Below the pieces are notes generated by a model, which saw nothing but the letters and a program-made list of their open reading frames with translations, did not search any database and was not told where the DNA came from. DNA of 64,000 nucleotides, taken from an archaeon GW2011_AR5 (GTDB lineage Archaea > Aenigmatarchaeota > Aenigmatarchaeia > GW2011-AR5). Where the stretch lies: NCBI GenBank assembly GCA_000806115.1, contig JWKQ01000002.1:256815-320814 (forward strand), in the 5' to 3' direction. Each line of letters opens with the position of its first letter. Within the stretch, counting starts at the first letter, position 1. Below, in pieces: positions 34,093 through 41,389 of this stretch. A program made the translations under genes and the position numbers.

Positions 34093-34940
34093 CGTGCAGT
34101 CACCTCCAGCGTTGCGACAGACTGCTTGTAAAGTAGAGGCACGATTGCCCTCACGGCTATTCCGGCGTCAACCTGATTGTCCGCCGTCATCGGCGCACAG
34201 CACGCGCGAGTATTGCCCCCGTTCAGCGGCGGACCGCATTCTGGCGGATTGCCCAGGTCAACCCGGCTCTCCTCGCATTCGTATTTCCATGAGGTGCCCC
34301 ATATCAGTTCATAGACGCGGGCGTAGAACGGCCTTTTCCCCTCGGAACACACGCCCTGTCCGCTGGGTCCGCAGCTGCGCACGTCCTTTGGATTCGGCAG
34401 GCTTTGGTATGCGGGTATGTCGTCCTTGCAGCAGTCTTTTTCAATCGGTGCGCCGCCTTCCGGCACATACAATATAGGGCACCGATAACTTCCGGAACTT
34501 ATTTGCACCCGTCCCACGCCGCAGGAGTCTGAACACCATCCTTCCAGATTGTCCCCGCATTTGCTCTCGGTGCTTTCCACTGACATGATTACGTTGTTGC
34601 CGTTGGCTATTGCTATCTCATATTCCCTGAGTTCGTATTTGTCAAGGTAGCTGGACAGGTATGACGGCAGCCCTGTGGTTTGCGCGTTCTGCAGCGATGT
34701 GACGGAAGTCTCGATTGACTGCTCGAAAACCGTCCTGTCGTCAAACTTCACGTGTGCGAGCACTTCCGCAATCATGAACGGCTTGTTCACCACGTGCACG
34801 AATTCTATCGAGTACGAAACAGGGTCGGCTGTGGAGAAGAACGGCAGTGTTATCTGAAGCCATATAAGCGTCCCGAGTATTATCATTGCAGCGACGAACA
34901 TTGTGAGTATGAGCGTCCAGAATGTATCTGATATGTTCAT
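34089..34940 (-). CDS. Cysteine-rich secreted/membrane-anchored protein (283 aa), pilus-locus component
   Basis: N-terminal hydrophobic helix FWTLILTMFVAAMIILGTLIWL. Cys clusters include CGDNLEGWCSDSCG, CPILYV..DCCKDD, CGPSGQGVCSEG and ECGPP..ACCAP. Confidence 0.8.
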   Translation of the reverse strand: MNISDTFWTLILTMFVAAMIILGTLIWLQITLPFFSTADPVSYSIEFVHVVNKPFMIAEVLAHVKFDDRTVFEQSIETSVTSLQNAQTTGLPSYLSSYLDKYELREYEIAIANGNNVIMSVESTESKCGDNLEGWCSDSCGVGRVQISSGSYRCPILYVPEGGAPIEKDCCKDDIPAYQSLPNPKDVRSCGPSGQGVCSEGKRPFYARVYELIWGTSWKYECEESRVDLGNPPECGPPLNGGNTRACCAPMTADNQVDAGIAVRAIVPLLYKQSVATLEVTAR

Positions 34941-35909
34941 TTATACATCCTCCATGCAAAGCAGGATGGTGCTCACTGTGTCGCTCCGTCCTGCAATCGC
35001 CGACGCGTCGGGGGGGCACGCGGAGCTTGTCTTCAGCGGGTACGCCGTTACCTGCCATTTCGAATTTCTTGCGCTGCTCAGGAGTCCCGCGAGTATATCG
35101 AGGTCTTCTACAGGTATATTCGGGAGGTATCTGCATTCTCCTGCGAGCGGGTCGTTCCCGTTATAGAGGCACACATGCGTCCCGGCGGTTCCGGAACGCC
35201 TGAAGGCCGTGGCACCAAAAGGCAGCTGGTTCGTGGCAAACTTCATGACAAATTTTTCTTTCGTATGGAACGCCTTGGCAGTGGCGCAGGAGATGCGTGT
35301 CAGGAATGCGTCGTATGCCGTTATTTCCATTGTAGCCGGCAGGGCTGTGTCCGACATCTCTATACCCACCGGAAATTTCGACGACGTTTCCACTATAGGG
35401 TTAGACATGAACATCGAAGTCGGCATGTAACCAAGGCGCCATTTATAACTGTCCTGCCACTCGCGGTCGGATGTTTTTTTGCACTCGCAGAAATCCGCGC
35501 CAAATACTTCCAGGTTGCAGTTGCAGTTTCCTGTTATGCCCATGTCAAGGGTTGTCAATCCGCAGACATTGCCGCAAAAGCCGCTGCAATCGTTGTCGCT
35601 GCCGCACACAGTCGGGCCGGTGCTCGCTTCTATGTCTATCTGATAGCCGAAGTCGCAGTTTTGTGCGTACTGCTCGATTTCCGCCTGCTCCGCAGCCGTC
35701 AGCTTTTCCGGTGAAAATACAGACTCGTCCGCCACGAGTCTTGTGTCGCTTGTCACCGTATCGGACAGTTCGAACACAAACCTTTCCATCGTGTTCTCTC
35801 TTACGTCGACCTTGAAAGAGAAAAACATCAGCATCATGAAGAATACAAAAAGTATGGCGGGTCCCATGCGAAGCAGGAACATGACAATTGCCATTACGTC
35901 GAACTTCAT
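34941..35909 (-). CDS. Cysteine-rich secreted/membrane-anchored protein (322 aa), pilus-locus component
   Basis: N-terminal hydrophobic segment AIVMFLLRMGPAILFVFFMMLMFF, and CGSDNDCSGFCGNVCG..GNCNCN..DFCECKK. It abuts the downstream gene with no gap. Confidence 0.8.
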   Translation of the reverse strand: MKFDVMAIVMFLLRMGPAILFVFFMMLMFFSFKVDVRENTMERFVFELSDTVTSDTRLVADESVFSPEKLTAAEQAEIEQYAQNCDFGYQIDIEASTGPTVCGSDNDCSGFCGNVCGLTTLDMGITGNCNCNLEVFGADFCECKKTSDREWQDSYKWRLGYMPTSMFMSNPIVETSSKFPVGIEMSDTALPATMEITAYDAFLTRISCATAKAFHTKEKFVMKFATNQLPFGATAFRRSGTAGTHVCLYNGNDPLAGECRYLPNIPVEDLDILAGLLSSARNSKWQVTAYPLKTSSACPPDASAIAGRSDTVSTILLCMEDV

Positions 35910-35917
35910 TCTTTCAC

Positions 35918-36319
35918 CTAGATGGATGATATCTCAACCGCGCCGCCGCGCTTGCGTATCTCAAGCAGGCGGTTCGCCCTGCAGGCAAACTCCCCGTTTG
36001 TGCCCGCGTTGATAATTGTCGGGGTTTTTATCCCGCTCATCGTGTAAGATATGTTCGTGCCGGCGACTGGAGTGATGGACATATGTATGAGCCCGTTTGT
36101 GATGAGCACCCTGCAGTTCGCATTGGGCATGTTGAACCTGTAGGTTGTGCCGTCAGGCGAACTCTGCACGATGTTTATGACGCTCGCCAGTCGTTGCGAC
36201 TGCAGCTGCGCGGAGTTCTGCACAGCCTCACCGATGGCAACCTGAAGCGGATTCACGGCGAATACGATGAACACAAGCGTCAGGAAAGTGGTGACGAATA
36301 TCCATTCGAGCGGTTCCAT
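35918..36319 (-). CDS. Pilin-like protein (133 aa) lacking a leader peptide
   Basis: MEPLEWIFVTTFLTLVFIVFAV: Glu at position 5 followed by a hydrophobic helix, like a mature type IV pilin N-terminus. TATA CCTATATAATAG lies about 35 nt upstream. Confidence 0.7.
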   Translation of the reverse strand: MEPLEWIFVTTFLTLVFIVFAVNPLQVAIGEAVQNSAQLQSQRLASVINIVQSSPDGTTYRFNMPNANCRVLITNGLIHMSITPVAGTNISYTMSGIKTPTIINAGTNGEFACRANRLLEIRKRGGAVEISSI

Positions 36320-36416
36320 ATCAATCTAATTAGAATTGTCAACGCTTCTATTATATAGGTTTTTGACTCTGTGAATCCGAAACCAAGCATACGAAGACCA
36401 AGCGCTCGTCAGTTCA

Positions 36417-38300
36417 TTACCCAGGCCATCCCCAAGAAAGGCGGCGTTCGAAGAACTCCTTCCAGCTTTCGAGGTCTCCCTGCGGATAGTATTTCAGCAC
36501 CACAGCGTCCCTGGATGCGTCGCCGCTTATGTACGCCGTGTTCTCGTTTATCGGCGATAACCCGAACGCCCTTGCTATTCCCTGTGTATCAGACAACCAG
36601 TCATCCCTGTAGGGGTCGAAAGTCCAGCAAAACCCGTCAGGCTTGTCTTCCACAGTGATGCGCATGCATTGGCCTCCGTTAAAGCCTGTGAGTGGAATAG
36701 CAGAAGTATCCTGTATATCGGTGCCTATTTTTTCTAGGCATGTAAAATGAGTACCGACTTCATGTAGCTTACCGTCCCCGCCATATTGATATATTGGGTA
36801 GTTGACTGCATTTTCACATTCCATCTGATCGCATGGCACTTTTTCAATTTTCATCTGTTCTATTGAACAGTCGCTTGCCAAGTTGAAGTCCTGAACCTTG
36901 TATGAGAGAAACACGCCGCCAAGGAATTCCCCTATCTTTTCAGAAGCGTATCCAACGCCGAATATGGTGCACGTCTTGCAGAATCTCCACGATCTGCCAA
37001 GAACTTTCCAGCTTTTTCCGAGGACTTTGGATGATAGTTTCAATATGCCCCTTCCGAACCAGCTTAAAGCTCCTGTCAGTGTGAAAGCGGAGCCGGAGCC
37101 TGCAACGCCGACGACCTCGCCGACTACCAGTCCGGATCCGGTTGCTGCCGGTACGGCTGTGAATGTCACACCTTCAGCCACGTAAAGCCCCGCTGTAGTT
37201 GCAATCGGCGTGGCGGTTGGAATAGCGCTCAGTGCAGTACCGGAAGCAACGGCGGCTCCTGACGGAAGAATCAGAGCCGCCCCGACAGCCAGTACAGCCA
37301 CTCCAAGAACGCCTTCAAAAATATACCTTCTTTCATCACGCGCGTCGTATTTCATCTCGATGTATTTTATGTCGCTGCACTGCCTCAACGGATATTTGTA
37401 CACGCCCGTTCGCGTCTTCAGGCAGAGAGAATTATCACCGCACGGCGCATATTTTATTGCGCTCTTCTCGAAGCTCGTCAGTCCCTTGTAGTTGTTGAAA
37501 ATGAACGCGTTGTCGCCTTCCGATGCAACAGGGTTTTCCGAATCGGGGTTCACCAGATCCCTCCATTCGCCGAACTTGCTTAACGCTGCGAGAGTGCCGC
37601 CGGGTCCCGTGTCAACCGGACCCGCACCCCGTGAGCCGCCGCTCCCTCCGTAAGCGCTGTTGGGACCGTAGTAGAAATCGCTTCTCTTGCTTCCTATAAC
37701 CACGTTGTTGACTATAACGCCCTCGAGCTTCTTCGAGGTGAGCTCGACATCTTCATCGCCTACCACGCGCGTATTCCACAGCTGCTCGATGCTGTCGGAA
37801 TATGTTTTCACGTCAGCCGGAAGTCTGTTATCGTATCCTGCAGGAAGATGTGTGATGAGACGGTTCTCCATTCCCTGGTAAATCTCCCAGCCTGTTGCGT
37901 CGCCTGCAGGGAATGATTCATAGTAAAGGACAAAGTTCGGATCGCCGTTGGTTCTTATCAGCCATATGGGCATGACGGATATCAGGCTGGTGAATTTTGG
38001 CGTGTTCTGCGGCAGCTGAAAGTTGTTAACAGTCACCGGACTTCCTGTGAAGCATGCCTCGTCCATGGATGCGCGCAGCTTCTCGACGTTGGCGAATGCA
38101 ATCTGGTCATAAGGGTCGATGGTGGACATTGCTATGGACACAAGCAGCACAACACCGAGAAGCAGGAAGAGAAGGCTCATCATGGTGTACATTATCTCGG
38201 ATATCGACGTGTCACCCTTGCCGATCTTTTTCTTTTCAAAGAAAAGTCGAGAAAGAAAATAGTGATTCCTAGGCTTCTGTTTCCCATTGTTTTTTTTCAT
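36417..38300 (-). CDS. Large pilin-like protein (627 aa) with long basic leader and internal Gly/Ala/Val-rich hydrophobic region
   Basis: MKKNNGKQKPRNHYFLSRLFFEKKKIGKG|DTSISEIMYTMMSLLFLLLGVVLLV. The middle region is VLGVAVLAVGAALILPSGAAVASGTALSAIPTATPIATTAGLYVAEGV...GSGLVVGEVVGVAGSGSAF. The C-terminal domain has 8 Cys. Confidence 0.8.
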   Translation of the reverse strand: MKKNNGKQKPRNHYFLSRLFFEKKKIGKGDTSISEIMYTMMSLLFLLLGVVLLVSIAMSTIDPYDQIAFANVEKLRASMDEACFTGSPVTVNNFQLPQNTPKFTSLISVMPIWLIRTNGDPNFVLYYESFPAGDATGWEIYQGMENRLITHLPAGYDNRLPADVKTYSDSIEQLWNTRVVGDEDVELTSKKLEGVIVNNVVIGSKRSDFYYGPNSAYGGSGGSRGAGPVDTGPGGTLAALSKFGEWRDLVNPDSENPVASEGDNAFIFNNYKGLTSFEKSAIKYAPCGDNSLCLKTRTGVYKYPLRQCSDIKYIEMKYDARDERRYIFEGVLGVAVLAVGAALILPSGAAVASGTALSAIPTATPIATTAGLYVAEGVTFTAVPAATGSGLVVGEVVGVAGSGSAFTLTGALSWFGRGILKLSSKVLGKSWKVLGRSWRFCKTCTIFGVGYASEKIGEFLGGVFLSYKVQDFNLASDCSIEQMKIEKVPCDQMECENAVNYPIYQYGGDGKLHEVGTHFTCLEKIGTDIQDTSAIPLTGFNGGQCMRITVEDKPDGFCWTFDPYRDDWLSDTQGIARAFGLSPINENTAYISGDASRDAVVLKYYPQGDLESWKEFFERRLSWGWPG

Positions 38301-38305
38301 ATTTC

Positions 38306-38352
38306 ATCACGCGAACGCAAGTGAGCCACCCTTTATAATATTTTTCTTTCCC
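38306..38352 (-). promoter_or_regulatory. Promoter/initiator module copy B (upstream of the 627-aa gene)
   Basis: Minus strand reads GGGAAAGAAAAATATTATAAAGGGTGGCTCACTTGCGTTCGCGTGATGAAAT-ATG. It aligns with copies A and C. Confidence 0.5.
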
Positions 38353-38358
38353 ATTGCA

Positions 38359-38431
38359 AGCATTTCGTTCGAAATGCTGCACAGCAAGAGCTTTGCTCTT
38401 GCTCGTGAGGGCTTTCTTTTTTAAAAGAAAG
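38359..38431 (-). other. Three consecutive perfect hairpins after the mini-ORFs
   Basis: AGCATTTCG-tt-CGAAATGCT at 38359-38378. AGCAAGAGC-ttt-GCTCTTGCT at 38383-38403. CTTTCTTTT-tt-AAAAGAAAG at 38412-38431. Confidence 0.55.
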
Positions 38432-38434
38432 GGC

Positions 38435-38554
38435 TCAACGGAACCATTTCAGCACAGGATCAATATTCGGCACGACGCCTGCAAGCATAGATATCACCAC
38501 GGCAAAAACCAGGAGAGTAAGGACTATCGCCACAACGACGTATTCTATTCTCAT
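38435..38554 (-). CDS. 39-aa hydrophobic mini-protein, Flp-pilin-like N-terminus without leader
   Basis: Hand translation gives MRIEYVVVAIVLTLLVFAVVISMLAGVVPNIDPVLKWFR. Its ATG lies 1 nt after the stop of the preceding mini-ORF (TAAaATG). Confidence 0.5.
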   Translation of the reverse strand: MRIEYVVVAIVLTLLVFAVVISMLAGVVPNIDPVLKWFR

Positions 38555-38555
38555 T

Positions 38556-38690
38556 TTATCTCAGCACTCCGAGCAGAAGGTCTATGTTATTCTGTATTCC
38601 GCCGTTAAAATGTATGTAGATAAGCAGGCTTATTCCCAAGCCCAGAAGGCCTATCATGATGAACACCACTTCGGTTATTGTCAGTTCCAT
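38556..38690 (-). CDS. 44-aa hydrophobic mini-protein
   Basis: Hand translation gives MELTITEVVFIMIGLLGLGISLLIYIHFNGGIQNNIDLLLGVLR. GGAGAAG lies 9 nt upstream of the ATG. Confidence 0.55.
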   Translation of the reverse strand: MELTITEVVFIMIGLLGLGISLLIYIHFNGGIQNNIDLLLGVLR

Positions 38691-38715
38691 TTTCAAAATC
38701 TTCTCCTATTTCAGT

Positions 38716-39627
38716 CTATGCACACCCCGTAATAGTGGGAGTACAGCCGAGGTTTCTTGCGGCTTCGCACTGCCCGCACGCGCCCCTGCCGAACTTGCTG
38801 CACTCAGTAAACTGTTCGCATACCAAGCAGGAGTTTGCCCATGGCCAGTACCAAGGCCCGCCCCAGTAGCAGCTTGCAGTTGATGTGCAGTCGCTTTCAG
38901 CGGCATGCCTTCTGCAGGTGTCAATTCCACATTCCGCGTCCCTGTCTACCGGCACGTCGAACGATGAAAGATAAGCGTCCGGGTGGCTCTCGAGCATCTG
39001 CCTCAGAGTGGAGCTGTCGATGTCGTCCGTCAATCCGGGTTTGTCCAGCCATGTTGTAAAATGGAATACCTCCCTGTCCCGCAGACTTCCAATCTGGCGC
39101 ATGTCGAATTTCAGCTTCAGGTCTTGCGGACAAATGAATTCGCCGCTCGGTGCGGCACATGATATTATTTCCTGTGTGTTTCCGTTCGTATCGCTGTAAC
39201 TTCCCAGTATGAGTTTGCTCTGCGTGCCGGAGATGCCCATGTAGTCCATTATTACGACGAAGTCAAGGCGGTCACTTTGGGAGCCGGGATACGCCCTGTA
39301 GAAGAATTTTAAGCCGTCAAGTATTACCAGCTGCGCATTAGGCGTGCAGTCCAGTTTTGTGAACTTTTCCAGCCCGCCTTCGCCGGGATTGTCGTTGGTG
39401 ATGTAGAGCTTCCCAGGCTCAAATACCTGCCCGATCTGGTTGAATATCTTCCAGGGCGTTACGCCCGCAACTATCGCAATGCCTATCGCAATAACGAGTA
39501 CCATGACTATTATGTAGAACCATGCGCCCATCGTTATCTGGAAGCCCATAGATTTATTGTGTCCGGCTGAAATAAAAAGAAAAATAGCTCTGTAGAAAAC
39601 CTGTGAGAAAAGCAGCAGGAGCATCAC
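38716..39627 (-). CDS. Secreted/anchored protein with very Cys-rich C-terminus (303 aa as drawn)
   Basis: TM FYIIVMVLVIAIGIAIVAG. The C-terminus is CGIDTCRRHAAESDCTSTASCYWGGPWYWPWANSCLVCEQFTECSKFGRGACGQCEAARNLGCTPTITGC. The first 7 codons coincide with an inverted-repeat arm, so the true start may be MGFQ (39549) or MGAW (39531). Confidence 0.75.
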   Translation of the reverse strand: MMLLLLFSQVFYRAIFLFISAGHNKSMGFQITMGAWFYIIVMVLVIAIGIAIVAGVTPWKIFNQIGQVFEPGKLYITNDNPGEGGLEKFTKLDCTPNAQLVILDGLKFFYRAYPGSQSDRLDFVVIMDYMGISGTQSKLILGSYSDTNGNTQEIISCAAPSGEFICPQDLKLKFDMRQIGSLRDREVFHFTTWLDKPGLTDDIDSSTLRQMLESHPDAYLSSFDVPVDRDAECGIDTCRRHAAESDCTSTASCYWGGPWYWPWANSCLVCEQFTECSKFGRGACGQCEAARNLGCTPTITGCA

Positions 39628-39754
39628 CGCATTGAATTTTGTTCAATGCGTGCAGGTGGAACTTGTTCCACCTTGCATTGTGTACCCACAATGCTGCTAG
39701 TAACTAGAGGGTATCGTGCATTCACGATACCCTCCCTGCTGCTTTTCCTTGAGC
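39600..39754. other. Inverted-repeat-flanked cassette of four perfect hairpins (MITE-like or structured-RNA element)
   Basis: Hairpins lie at 39629-39649, 39654-39673, 39675-39694 and 39707-39734 (the last has a 12-bp stem). The flanks share CCTGCTGCTTTTC in inverted orientation (39609-39621 vs 39734-39746). Confidence 0.5.
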
Positions 39755-39776
39755 ATTTCTACAGAGCAAGAAAAAT

Positions 39777-40751
39777 TTACGCGAAGCAGTTCTTGTCAGG
39801 CCTGTCTATGCAGCCCGCATTGAGTTCGAATTTGCCGCCGAGCCTGTCCTCGCGGCATAATCCAAGCAGCACATTGAAGTCGCTCGATTGGCGGGTGCAT
39901 TCGTTGTCTTTCCAGAAGCTCAGGAGAACCGTCTCTCCCACGTTCTCCCAAGGCTCGCCGCAGAAGCTGCCTCCGAGGGTGCTGCACCCGTAATCAATTT
40001 CTGCATTCACGGCGTTTGCCGAACAGTCGGGCTCCGCATTCAGCATTATTGTGGCGGTTCCTCCGCACATATCTATGATTTGCTTCCATTCGCTCTCCGT
40101 GCTTCCTGGCGTGCCGTTAAGGCGGCTGCTGGTTTTTGTTATGCAGGGACCTCTCAGGGTGAACGTTGCCTTGCAGTCGTACTGGTTCACGGGATTAAAA
40201 TCAACGGCGTAATCGGCGTTGAAGTAATCGTCGACGTTTACTGCGGCGATTATTGCGCTCCTGCCGCTCCTGACAAGGACAGGCATCCTGTAACTGAACC
40301 TGTCGCTGTAGAATGCGTTGTCATATGTTTGTATCGGCATTATTTCGCTTATTATGTCTGCCTTTATGTTGGGTTCTATGATTTCATCCTCGACGCCTAT
40401 CGTGAAGCTGTCGCTGTCGCCTGTCGGGCTGCTGAAGGTCGCCCTGATACTTTGTCCCTTGAAGCTTATTATTGCGATGATATTCACGGGCGCCGTCCGT
40501 TTTCCAGTGACAGTTATGCGCGGCGCCGTTCTTATCTCGTATAAATAGTCGCCAACCCTTGAGCGGGGCGTGACATCAGCCTGTATCGGAGAATTGCTTA
40601 CGCCCGCAAATGCCAGCACAAGCGGCTGCGAGAGGTTTTCCTGTATGTTCTGCGGCAGTTTTGTCCCGATAAATCTTTCGTTGGCATACAGGACTATCGA
40701 GAACGCTATTATACCGAAAATTATGTACGCGATTATGTCGTGCTCTTCCAT
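39777..40751 (-). CDS. Secreted/anchored pilus-locus protein (about 324 aa)
   Basis: N-terminal anchor IIAYIIFGIIAFSIVLYA, a large beta-rich ectodomain and C-terminal Cys pairs. The ATG at 40751 shares 1 nt with the upstream stop (TGATG), and GGTGA lies 4 nt upstream. The track start is a GTG at 40763. Confidence 0.8.
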   Translation of the reverse strand: MEEHDIIAYIIFGIIAFSIVLYANERFIGTKLPQNIQENLSQPLVLAFAGVSNSPIQADVTPRSRVGDYLYEIRTAPRITVTGKRTAPVNIIAIISFKGQSIRATFSSPTGDSDSFTIGVEDEIIEPNIKADIISEIMPIQTYDNAFYSDRFSYRMPVLVRSGRSAIIAAVNVDDYFNADYAVDFNPVNQYDCKATFTLRGPCITKTSSRLNGTPGSTESEWKQIIDMCGGTATIMLNAEPDCSANAVNAEIDYGCSTLGGSFCGEPWENVGETVLLSFWKDNECTRQSSDFNVLLGLCREDRLGGKFELNAGCIDRPDKNCFA

Positions 40752-41143
40752 CAGCTCACCCACGGAAGCGAGCTTATTATGGAATCAAATACGCCGTAGA
40801 AGAAACTGCTGCTGCTCGGTCCCGCTTCGCCGCCGAGGCTTGCAAGTATCATGAAGAGCACGATGGCAACTACAAGGAAAAATACGATTGTTGCCAAAAG
40901 CGTGGTGGTAATCACTATGCCGCGTGAATTATGCTTTTTGGACCCCTTAGTCTTGCTTTTTTTTCTTATCAGCGGCTCGAACAGCGCGAGTCCCGCAGCC
41001 CCGCTGCTTATCTGTTCTATGTTCTGCGCGGTGGTTGTTGAGACATCGCTCTCGACGGTATACCAGTATGCGATGGCTATTCCAAAAACCATCAGTATTG
41101 CGATGATTATAGTCATCAAGTCAACGGGCAGCATGGCTTTCAA
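40751..41143 (-). CDS. Two-TM membrane protein (130 aa), pilus-locus component
   Basis: MKAMLPVDLMTIIIAILMVFGIAIAYWY..., a basic loop KKSKTKGSKKHNSRG, then a second TM. It has an ATGA overlap with the upstream gene. Confidence 0.7.
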   Translation of the reverse strand: MKAMLPVDLMTIIIAILMVFGIAIAYWYTVESDVSTTTAQNIEQISSGAAGLALFEPLIRKKSKTKGSKKHNSRGIVITTTLLATIVFFLVVAIVLFMILASLGGEAGPSSSSFFYGVFDSIISSLPWVS

Positions 41144-41352
41144 GTTCCCGCACCTCTTTCAAGCTTTGCCGGCGTTTCGAATGAAATTGCGGTGCCCGCT
41201 GGTGTATATGCGGACGTGTATACGAGTTCCACGTCGTCATTAACTGCTTCCTGCGCGTTTTTCTGCACCATCCACAGCAGCCCGACGGCAAGCGCCATGA
41301 GAAGCAACCCCATCGCCGTCCACAGCAGCCATTTTGACATTCCCTTTGACAT
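41140..41352 (-). CDS. Small pilin-like protein (70 aa)
   Basis: MSKG|MSKWLLWTAMGLLLMALAVGLLWMV. TATA CAACTATAAATCC lies about 25 nt upstream of the ATG. Confidence 0.65.
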   Translation of the reverse strand: MSKGMSKWLLWTAMGLLLMALAVGLLWMVQKNAQEAVNDDVELVYTSAYTPAGTAISFETPAKLERGAGT

Positions 41353-41389
41353 GATTACTATTGGTTGTATTTTGGATTTATAGTTGCCT

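Noticed and set aside
38354-38930. Plus-strand ORFs 38354..38608, 38656..38883, 38678..38869 and minus-strand 38706..38930
   Set aside because: They overlap the hairpin region, the two mini-ORFs and the Cys-rich C-terminus of 38716..39627. Their products are low-complexity and lack start signals.
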